From: Paramecium tetraurelia
Taxonomy: Eukaryota
Assembly: GCA_000165425.1 (NCBI GenBank)
Contig: CT868025.1
Span: 241,595 to 261,594, forward strand
DNA length: 20,000 bases
Direction: 5' to 3'
Shown here: one piece after another, positions 10,030 to 20,000 of the stretch
How the letters are laid out: each line of letters starts with the position of its first letter
How positions within the stretch are numbered: the first letter of the stretch is position 1
Program-made: the position numbers and the translations under genes
The notes under the pieces: model-generated
Seen by the model: the letters and a program-made list of their open reading frames with translations, nothing else
What the model was told of the DNA's origin: nothing
Databases searched by the model: none

Positions 10030-12360
10030 TCAACTATTCCATTTTAATTCTAAATATTATTTTTGAACATTTTCATCTTTTATCTTCTCCGCTAACTATG
10101 GATACAAAATCTTATTGAGATTAATATTTATGATTGGATAATCTATAAAGATATTTGACATTTTCGTTAGATAGTATCTCAATTTCCAAGATGCTTCAGA
10201 ATATATTTGTATTTAAGGCTTATAAATACGATTGAAATACTCATGTATATCACAGCATGTCAATTTCTTGTTTTCAAGCTCGGACATCATTTCATCTTAC
10301 ACTTTCTTAAAATTCCAGTCTTAATCGATCGAAATTGCTTCAATACTTACTTAAAGAGTTTCTATGTATCCTTGTAATTTTTGTTCGTTAATTTTTTAAA
10401 AATCTGTTTCTTGCTTTAAGGTGTAGCCCCCTATGTAGATGTGCTATTTTTCAAATATTTATTGACAGTCCAGCAATGTTGCTTAACTAAAAAAGAGTAA
10501 AAAATAAAATAACTAGAAGGCTTTCTACTTTATCTTTTCAGGCTACTTCTAAATAAATTATATCAATTCGTATTCCAATTTAGATGAAAATATTTGAATG
10601 CAATCTAAATATCTCAGTATTGAAGCCGATATTGTATCATATAAAATAGATTCTCTTTCCATAAAGTTTTATTATGATTATAGTTTTTCAACCTCTGCGA
10701 GTAACTCTTCCCAAGTGATTCTTTACTCAGGTTCATATATTAACATTTTTTCTATTAGATTACTGAAAACTAAGATTAAAACAAATATTACTAGATTTTC
10801 CTGGGCATTGGAATGGTTTTATTTTTAATTTCTTTTGATAATCTTTTAATTCTTATAAAGTAAATGCATTATAGTATAGTGACCCAAAAACAAATTAATG
10901 AAGCATAGTCCCTAACTACATATTGCATTATTTTTTACAGAATAAATATCACATTTATTTGTATACCCCTTTCCAGTGGGTTCAAGAACTTCTGGGGCAG
11001 AATAAATTGGAGTTCCCGCAACAGTCTTAGCTAAACTTTAAGGATATTAAATCTTGCTTACTCCAAAATCAATAATCTAATTCAAAAATATAAGTGTACC
11101 TTAACAATCTTTCTTCCACCTTCATATTTTATTAATAAATTTTCTGGCTTTAAATCCCTATGGATTATGCTTAGGTCTTGCAAATATTTATAACCTATAA
11201 TAATTTATTTTAAGAAGTCCAGAATTTCTTCATTGCTTATGGTTTTCTATTTTTAAAAATATTATTGAATATTTTCATCGCATTTCTCCATAATCACATA
11301 AGTCTTGTATTGATCATCAATTAATTCGAATACTTTAATAATATTTTCTCTTCCTCTTGCATTTGATTTTAAAATCAATTTTTTATAAATTGAGAGTTCC
11401 AAACCTCCCTCGTAAGAATTGGTTTCAACAACTTTTGCACATAATTCTATAGATTGCATTAAATCATATATTAAAAATATAACTCCCTACATACCACTTC
11501 CCAATTATTGAGAAAAGTCAACTAGATATCTATTATTTAATAGTTGATAAGGTGACTAAAAAAAAGGAATTTTTGCAAGTTCATCCCAACTCACCCTTTT
11601 TCGAGGCTCATAAACTATCATTCTCTCTATCAAATCAACAATTTCTATATTTTATGTGACTCTTTAACATTTGAAATTCTGCCTCTGTAAATTTTGCATA
11701 AACTATTGAAGCTCAAATTAATCATTAAATTCTGAAGGCATTTAAGTTTAAAAACATAGTTGATGTAAAATAATTCCTAACTTACAATAGTTAAAATAAT
11801 TACAGAAAATATATCACATTTGTCGTCGTAACCATTTTAAGGTTAAAACATCATCTCAGGAGCCCAATACGCTGGCGTACCAGCTCTCGATGTTCCTAAT
11901 TAATTATTCTTTAATAAACTTGATACACTAAAGTCTGATATCTAAGGAATATTTTAGAAAATACTTTTATAATGATTCTACCTTTAATTTATTGAACTAG
12001 TATTGTTAGCGGAGTTAAATTTCTATGAATGATTCCTAGAGATCTTAAGTATTAATATCCATTGATAATTTAGGCCATTATTAATTTTATTTCTTGAAAT
12101 GAGAGCTCTAATGATAATTCTTGTCTTTTTTTCATAAATTATAATAATGTCATCGGTACATCTTCAATCTCAATTTAATTCTCGTAAATCCTTAGAATTT
12201 TAACAATGTTTAAGCATTTGTTTTATTACAATTTTAGATAAATATCCCTTTCAACATTCATTCTCTCTGGAGAAATAATTACGATTTAGGTTTTATTATC
12301 CTCTTGCTAATTAATATACCCTGACTGAAAGGCTGATGATTTGCTGATAATGTATGACAT
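10030..12360 (-). CDS. Tandem kinase-domain protein: N-terminal pseudokinase, apparently active Ser/Thr kinase, C-terminal helical region (~738 aa)
   Basis: ATG at 12360-12358. Domain 1: IIHRNLTPLTIL, ISDFS, GTPAYWAPE, CDIFSLG. Domain 2: LGSGMQG, LCAK, HRDLKPENLL, IIDFG, GTPIYSAPE, CDIYSLG. Introns 11942-11964, 11781-11803, 11077-11099, 10916-10938 (all 23 nt) and 10770-10791 (22 nt); TGA at 10032-10030. Confidence 0.92.
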
Positions 12361-13151
12361 GAATCAAATTTAAAGAAAAATATTATATTAATAAATATAA
12401 AAAATTTAGAAGCTTATGATGTAATCTTCAAATCAAAGTCTATCAGATTAGCAAATAATTAGTAGAGACAAACAATTAATATGATTCTAAACTGGAAAAC
12501 GATATTCAAAACTAATTTTTTATATGACTATTTCTATTAAAATTAATAAATATATTTATTATTTTTTATTTTATTTAATTCCAAAAAAATTATCTTAATG
12601 TAAACTTTACAGACAACTATTTCTAAATATCAATACTTCTTTTGCCCTATCACTAAATAAAATTTATTTATAAAAATAATTCAATTAATGTTTGCATAAA
12701 ATGGAAACAATTGGGGAAATTTAGGATGTGAATGAAATATTTAACAAACTAATAGATAATTAAGATTGTTTTGCTTGATTAGTAATTTTATGAATTCTAT
12801 TTTGGCTTAAAATGATACTCCCATATTGTCGATCATATTCTGTTAATATAATTTTCTAAAGCTATTTTAGGTTGTCTTATAGAATTATAATAATTTATTA
12901 TTTTATTTCATTCTATATAATCTAGATCAATTTCAGGTGAGAGATTTTTCCTAATTTTGTTATATTCGTTATCAGGATGATTAGAGTCTTGGAAATCAAT
13001 ATTAAAATAATGAAGAGAAATTAAATTGTGCATGAATATTCATAATATAGATTAAATAAAATAATACTAAGCAAATTCTAAATCTTACTTCCAGTGTATC
13101 ATAAAAGGTTTATAATCAAATTTTTTTCCTTTTAAAGTCATTAATAAAATT

Positions 13152-13910
13152 ATGAAGGAGAAGATAGTAATCATAATATTCATCTTAATGTCTATAATTT
13201 TTGGATGGACTGTAGATACATATCAACAATGTCAATGTGAAGAGTTAAGTTTATAAAGTGAATGCAGTTTAGCAAATTGTAATTGGACTACTTTAAATAC
13301 TTGCTAAAGTAATAATTGCACATAATTTGATTAATTTTCATGTTAGAGTCATTCATAATAGTGCGCTTATAATTCAAAAACTAAGAGTTGCACTACATTT
13401 GAGAGCTGTAAGACGTTAAAAGGAACATCTCCTTAAAATTGTTCGAGTTAAAACCCTTCATGTTCATGGGTATCTGGGAATTCATGTACTTCGACATAAG
13501 ATTGTTATAAATTCAGCGTCAAAAATTGTCCAACGACATGTTATTCTAATGGAATGTAGTGTGAATCAGTCACATAATGCAGTTAATTGAATCAAACAAT
13601 TTGCAACACCTAAGATTTATGCACTTGGAATGTATATTGTGAGCCAGTTCAATGTTCGAGTTATTAATCCGCAGACAGCTGTTTGTTTAGTTAAGTTTCT
13701 GGTTCAAGTATACAACCATGTTTATGGAAATCAGGAGCATGTGTTAATGCTCTTAGCGAGGAAGTCTTTAATTCATCAACTTGTTTTACTCACACTGGAT
13801 AATCATATCATTGGACTCTAAAAGAACATTCAGACTCGGCTTATTTTTGTAAAAGTTGCCATCAATTTCTATTTACTATTTCAATAGTAATAATTGTTCT
13901 ATTTTTATGA
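13152..13910 (+). CDS. Cys-rich, putatively GPI-anchored surface protein (Paramecium 'mini antigen'/surface-antigen-like), 252 aa
   Basis: Intronless ORF with an N-terminal signal peptide (MKEKIVIIIFILMSIIFG) and 28 Cys in ~4-Cys periods with C-x-W motifs (CNW, CSW, CTW, CLW). It is Ser/Thr-rich and ends in a hydrophobic tail (CKSCHQFLFTISIVIIVLFL) with no cytosolic residues before the TGA. Confidence 0.9.
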
Positions 13911-14399
13911 ACTTTATTGAAGTTTATTATAAAATTATTATAAACATTTTGCTATATAAAGAGTAAGGATATCAATATAAAAATGTTGTAATTAAATATT
14001 TTCTCTCTTTTTATTTGCTAAGTCATCATTATAGCAATAATTTCAATTTATATTAATACTTTATTGTGGATTCTAACAAAATTCAAAAATTATGATTATT
14101 TTAAAATATAGACGCAGTTTTAATTGAAATACTGATTATTGGGTATGTATTGCAAAGATTTACAAAAATCTCTTACATCTTATTTGATATATTGCAACTT
14201 ATCCTTTTGGATATAATTGTCAATAATTAATATCAATAAATTGTTCATGACTTGTGGATTTCAAAAATATTCTATTAGCACCTAGAAGATGTATTAAATA
14301 ATTTATCTATGCAATATCTTTTGAAATAATAAAATAAGATTAATTGGAATTATTTTACTTTTGTATTTTTTGGTAGTAATGTGAATTTTAATTTAAAAG

Positions 14400-15300
14400 T
14401 TGAATTCCTAAATTTTAACTCAAAATAGTCTGATCAAGAGTTTAAATTGAAAGAGTGGTTTGCATAATTTAATTAAACAGGAGCTTCTGTTTATTTTTGA
14501 ATCTTAATTAAGGAAAATTTTGTTCAACTGAACTTTAAGGTAGAAAAAGATGAAAATAGCAAGGCAAATGTTTGTTATTAAGATTAACATTAAAAGGAAA
14601 TTATAATCTACAACGCTTACTTTTATGCAAGTAATCTTTTGAGGCTATGGGATTTAAGATCAATTTGATAGCTCTTGCTGAATTAAAAGCCTGAAGATAA
14701 AACAAATTAAAATAAATAAATACCAAGAGTTATGACAATAGATTTTAATGAAATGGCTTAATTGATTTTGTTTTTAATATGGGTCATAGCCTACAAATGA
14801 TGAGTTGGTAAGATATATCTTCTCTCTAGAAAAGATAATAAAGATATATATTAGTGGATATATTTTATAATCCAAATAAGGAGAAGATCCATTTCCAAAA
14901 TAGAGGAGGGCTTTCTTCCTATTTGACAATTATTTTGTATCTATTAAAGAGTATTGCAAATATTACTTAAGGAAACAAGTTTATTTGCTTGGACTTATGA
15001 TACCGCAATAAATACCTTAAATAAATTTCGTTATTGGGGTGACCTCAAATTACTTAGGATTCAGAGCTTAAAATTTTAAGTCTTAAAAAATTTATGGATA
15101 CAACTACTTTGAATTTGATATATGTCTCCTCAGGGTCTTATATACAGAAGAAAAAAAATTTACTAAACTAGTTAAACTTCTTCACTAGGTAGGTAAGAAT
15201 CTTAACAAATTAATTTCACTTAGAAATATAATTCATTATGGCTATGTATATGAAGCCACGTTTTAACATGTGTCAGCCATGATAGATTTCTCAATCAAAT
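14400..15300 (+). pseudogene. Probable decayed coding sequence (unidentified)
   Basis: Purine-rich, protein-like stretches (EFLNFNSKQSDQEFKLKEWFAQFNQTG; KETSLFAWTYDTAINTLNKFRYWGDLKLL) fall in changing frames and are broken by several TGA. I found no consistent spliced model. Confidence 0.35.
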
Positions 15301-15339
15301 GAAGTAAAACATCTCTATTTTTAGAATATAATTTAATAT

Positions 15340-15930
15340 AGTGCATCACAATAGAATATATATTTAAGTTTTCTCTAGCTTATTAATTACTTCATCAACA
15401 TTCCTATTTATAACCTAATTCATTTTATAATAATTCCTTTTGCCATTATTTTAAATCTTGAATTTATTTATATTTCCTAAGTTTTAGGTAATTCTTTGAT
15501 TATTCTAGATTTTTTTATCTAACTTTTCTCTGAGTTTCAAAGCCATTAGAAACTGGTTTTCAAATTAAGAAATTTTTGTTTCATTTTTACAATAACTCCT
15601 CTACCATCTTAAATTACCCCTTTGAAAATAAATCCAACATTTTCTTAATTATTCGACTCATCATTATAAATAGTCACAGTTATTGTTTGAATCTAAAGAA
15701 TAGTTCCTGATTCTAAGTTGTTAAAAGACAAATTAAAAATTAGGTAAACATTTCTAAGTAGGTTTTAACAAGAAACTATTTAAGAATTTTAGAATTTTTA
15801 TCTCTATTTTATTGATTTGGATGACATGGTTTGCATATAGAATTTCTTTGATTTTATATTTAATATGATTCAATATAATCTGAGAAGTACATCTCAATAA
15901 ATCTTAAAGAAATGGAGGTAAAGAGCAAAA
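15340..15930 (-). pseudogene. Probable decayed coding sequence, coiled-coil-like
   Basis: Minus-strand fragments MMSRIIKKMLDLFSKGQFKMVEELL, ETKISQFENQFLMALKLREKLDKK and QEIQQIQDLKQWQKELLQNEL lie in shifting frames with intervening TGA. Confidence 0.35.
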
Positions 15931-16061
15931 TTATAAAACACTGTTGTTTTTAATTATTACTTCCTGAGTGCTTAACAAAAAGTTAATTCATAATTCTATT
16001 GAAAAAATTGTAATATAGAACAAAAATGAAAACTTGAATCAAGCAATTTGACAATAGACTC

Positions 16062-19000
16062 TCATATAAATAATTGAATTTTTGCGAATTCAGGTTTTTA
16101 ACTCTCATATATCTCTTTCCATTTCTCATATGCATCTTTGATGTTCACAATTAATTCTACAATAAGGCCTAAAGATAAAATGGTGATATGGAGCCATCCC
16201 AATATGAGTTTTTTTTCTTCATTGAAATATTCATCAAAATCTTACATGTATAAGTATGAACTAAATATAAAAGTCAATACTGATATCTCAATCACCATCT
16301 AAACAATATATTTATTTTTTAATTTAAACTTTTCGATAATTAAATAATAATCTAATCTAAAATATACTTGTCAAAAGGAGTAATCCTAATTAAAAAAATT
16401 GAGATCCTTAAATATTAATAAGGAATAATAAAAAGAAAAATTATCTTCCGAAGCTTTGCATTTCAAACCTTTCTTATTATTACATTTTTTATTATTAATC
16501 TTTGAATATACCTAGAAATAAGGTAAAATAAAGAAGAAGAATTATGCTTGCCATAATAAGTTGAACAATATCTAAGGAATTGTCAGTTTAAAAATTCCGT
16601 GTATACAATAGAGTTTTAAATATCATATCCCAACCATTTAGAAGTAATGCTTTTTACATACCTTTAAAAGATATAAATTTTTTAAAATTAATCAAATCTA
16701 GGCAAAAGTTATAAAAGAAGGCTTGAAACTTAGCAATTAACTTTGGGTTGATATATAAGGATAATTATGACGCATAGTAAAAGTTTTTAGAACAAAATAT
16801 GCGCTTGTATATAGTCTTTTTAATTAGTTGACACAAAATGATAAGGAATAAAAATATTAAGCTTTATAATATTTGGCTTGAAAGATTAATGATCAAACTT
16901 GGGTCATATTTGTAAATGTTAAATTTTCCTTCCTAATATGGTTAATCATTTTACTAAAGTTGGATGAATTAAAATATTTATGAAAAATCTATAAAGTCTA
17001 ATAGAGGTTCTATTGTTACTAAATCATAAATAGAAAAATATATCTCTAAATTTTCCGGAAATTGTAGATTAATGTATTTCAAATATTGCTGAAATTAAAG
17101 GATTGCCAAAATTTCAATAAATAAATCCCCACTTCCAAATAATAGATTTCCACAGGCAAACCCAGACAAACCATAGATTAAATAGGCATTTAAACTTTTC
17201 AACCCTTAAGAATAATCCTTCTAAGTTTCATCAAGATATTATGGATATTGTAAAGTTATTGATTTTGTAAGCTCATCCATTACAACATCGTCTATATTAG
17301 CAACTGTCTAATTTACCAAAATTGTTAAGATAGGTCTAAATTCAAGTAATTATAGCACATTTATTTCGATAACATATTCTCCAAAACTCACAAATGATCC
17401 TACATCTTAAATTATGTATAAGTTGCTATTCCAATTCTTCTTGTTTACATTTGATAATTTAAAATTTATTCCTTCTGATAAAGGTGAAGTTGTGTATATT
17501 TTTACTTATTAACTAAATTAGATTCTAATATATTATTTATTTGAAGTCATGTTGAGGTAAGTAACTACTAAATTCGGAGGTTTGGAAAATGAACATTAAC
17601 TAGGAGAGTCTTTTATAATTGTGACGCATATCCAATTTTATTCAATCAAACAATCCCTACATCCATCTAAAGCCTCATAATTTCCATCATCACATTCCTC
17701 ATATTTCTAAAGATATCCATCTCCACAATTTATTTATAGTTTGCATTAATTTGAAATTAGTAATTAGTATTGATCATTGCACTCTAAACAAGTACCTTGA
17801 TAGCAGTCATAGCAATTTTCTGGACAAGAATAAGAATACATGCAATTGAAGCAACCATCAAATTGGATTGTATTGCCATCATCACAATCCTCTTCTTTTG
17901 TGACTATTTGATCACCACAAACAGAAAGGCAATTATTATTAACAAACTTGTATCCATCTTCACATTTCAAAATGCATTGTCCTTTATCACATAAGTTACA
18001 ATCTTCTGGGCATTGAAACTTGCATTAGAAGCAACCATCATAAGGTTGCAAATTTCCATCATCACATTCCTCATATTATTAGAGAATGAATTTATCTCCA
18101 CATTGAGGAAAACATGCATTTTCTGAAAGCTAAAATCCCAATTCACACTACAAGCACATTGAAAGTAATTAATGTTTACAACCAACAATTAATTTATAAA
18201 GGCAATCTTAACAATTATTCCATTCCCCATCATCTGTCAGGTCGCATTATTCATTCGAATAGGGTATTACATTGCCATCTCCACACAAAGGAACACAATT
18301 AAAATCAGCATTAAGATCGTATCCAAAAACACATTCAAAACAAATTCCAAATTCACAAGTTTTGCAAAAGTTTATACATGAATATTCACATTAATAACAA
18401 GAATCATTAGATATCAGATTAGCATCATCGCATTTTTCTTATCCTTGAATAACTCCATCACCGCAAATTGGACGACAATTTTCAAGAAACTTATCTTAAA
18501 TCCAACCTTCTTTACAAATTAGGCATCTATTATCAATTTACTCTAGGCACCCTTCATTAAATTTATTTATTTCTATTTTTGTTTAAGTGGAAGAAACCTC
18601 AAAATTTCTTGTTTGACATAATAATCCTTTATCATCACAAATTGGATGACAATTTTCAAGAAATTGATCATAAATCCAACCATCTTAACAAATCAGGCAT
18701 CTAGTATCAATTTATTCTAAACAACCTTCATTTGGTTTATTTATTGTTATTTTTGGTTTAGTGTAATATAATTCAAAATCTCTTATTTAACCACGGTCAG
18801 TGCTTGGTTGAGATTTAATATTCAGTTATAGAATTGGATCAAGATGATTTTCTATTAATATTTCTACTAGTTAGACATCATAACTATAAGTTTTTTTACC
18901 TTTTACATAGTCTATTATTATCATTGTGTTTCCTTTATAAAGCCTAATTAATAAATCTTAATGAATAGGCAGTTGAGTAGAATAACTAGTTTCAAAAAAA

Positions 19001-19680
19001 TACACAAATTTACATCCACCGCAATTGAAACTAGATGAAAAAGTTGGTTCAAATATCCATCCATCAGAATCTGTAATCAATTTTTCACCAAATGAATATT
19101 AATGCAGTTTCCATGATAAGCAAAATATTTTGTAATTCTCTATGCACCCAGGACAGTCATAATAACAATTAATCATGCTTATTTTTAATGACAGTAAACC
19201 TCCAGCATTAAAGAAATGAGCTGTTATCCAAAGAGTTCTTCTATTGTGTTTAAAAAGGGCTGTAGTTATAGTAAATACTTATGAACCGGAGCAAACTGAA
19301 CTTGTAGATGAAGATGTAGTGAGTGACTATTGAGCTGTAATATAGTCTAATTCAATGACAAAAGGATCAGAGGTATACATTCTTTTGAAATAATTAAATT
19401 TCATTACCTCAAAACTTTAGCCTCTACTAAAATGTGAGAATGGTCTTGTAGATTTGAAAATAATCTGCTAATCCAAATTGGATTATCATCATTAAGAGGT
19501 TAGCCAAAATAAAAAATCCCTCCGCAATTATAAAAAAAACAGTCATTATCTCTAATAACCCATCCTATATAAAAATTCTAATAAATTACCATCATTTATT
19601 TAGGAATTTGCATTAAACTCATAAATCACAGATGATGGAGTTGAAAATACCAAAACAATAAGTATCATAAATAATTTCAT
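16062..19680 (-). CDS. Large Cys-rich-repeat (CGDG..EECDDGN..DGC; DUF4215/Myxococcus Cys-rich type) surface protein with a multi-pass C-terminal membrane region (~1178 aa if the 3' frame break is repaired)
   Basis: ATG at 19680-19678 with signal peptide MKLFMILIVLVFS. Introns 19565-19589 and 19382-19407. Five CGD..E.CD repeats lie at ~17650-18470, followed by a beta-rich stalk and ~7-8 hydrophobic segments. The frame shifts +1 near 16300-16330 (premature TGA 16290-16288 unless 16299-16329 is spliced); final TGA at 16064-16062. Confidence 0.87.
18457..18792 (-). repeat. In-frame tandem duplication, period 174 bp (58 aa), within the Cys-rich membrane protein
   Basis: aattttcaagaaa occurs at 18477 and 18651, and caaattgga at 18464 and 18638. 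Peptides: RDFELYYTKPKITINKPNEGCLEQIDTRCLICQDGWIYDQFLENCHPICDD versus RNFEVSSTQTKIEINKFNEGCLEQIDNRCLICKEGWIQDKFLENCRPICGD. Confidence 0.9.
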
Positions 19681-20000
19681 ACAATAATTAAATATGTTGA
19701 TAGTAAATTAACTTTATTTTTTAGATTAGAAAAAGTATATGAAATAATTATTAGATTTAATAATTTTGAGAAAAAAATATCGACAACCTTTTTATGGTTT
19801 GGTTCGACTTATTTAGCTAAATATAAATCTTATATAATTCAGTAATTTATAGATGAATTTAACATTATCTATAAATTTAGACTAATTAATCTTTTTAAAG
19901 CTTGATAATATCATCATAGAATATGAGGATCCAATAAATATATCGATAACATATTTCATTTTCTTCCTAATTAAATATAGTTAATTTATAAGTCATACTA

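Noticed and set aside
12701..12778. Short ORF METIGEIQDVNEIFNKLIDNQDCFA* in the divergent intergenic region
   Set aside because: Only 25 codons with no recognisable homology or splice extension; at most a relic.
16310..16320. AAA-TAA at the frame break, matching the Euplotes +1 programmed frameshift motif
   Set aside because: That mechanism depends on TAA being a stop codon; here TAA is an abundant Gln codon and AAA-TAA occurs in-frame elsewhere without shifting.
3093..18302. Track ORFs 3093-3383, 6775-6975, 8719-8901, 9533-9739, 10598-10828, 13630-13821, 17797-17994, 17967-18188 and 18114-18302 as separate genes
   Set aside because: All are antisense or off-frame shadows of larger code-6 genes.
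19801..19812. GGTTCGACT resembling a tRNA T-loop/B-box
   Set aside because: There is no T-stem, cloverleaf or A-box, and the surroundings are AT-rich intergenic sequence.
1..20000. IESs, transposons, telomeric repeats, CRISPR arrays or prokaryotic defence systems
   Set aside because: I saw no TA-bounded insertions with IES-consensus ends interrupting genes, no transposase/RT motifs, no telomeric G/T runs and no spaced direct repeats; the DNA is eukaryotic.

Overview
This is AT-rich, gene-dense ciliate nuclear DNA, almost certainly Paramecium and probably macronuclear. Genes read only with translation table 6 (TAA/TAG = Gln, TGA the sole stop) and carry tiny 21-31 nt GT..AG introns, so the supplied ORF track is fragmentary or spurious. 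Manual retranslation gives, in order: the 3' end of an upstream gene; a ~1150-aa bromodomain/poly-Gln protein; a DoxX/SURF4-like membrane protein; ribosomal protein eL18; a ULK-like kinase with four EF-hands; a kelch-repeat protein (-); a tandem pseudokinase-kinase (-); a GPI-type Cys-rich mini surface antigen; ~2.1 kb of probable decayed coding relics; and a large Cys-rich-repeat multi-pass membrane protein (-). The most notable points are the tandem kinase whose two domains share intron positions, the ULK-like kinase with CDPK-like architecture, a +1 frameshift in the membrane protein exactly repairable by a cryptic 31-nt intron, and a bromodomain-gene intron with both outcomes open. No tRNA/rRNA, transposon, telomere or CRISPR array could be supported. 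I cannot claim a wholly new system; novelty needs database searches.
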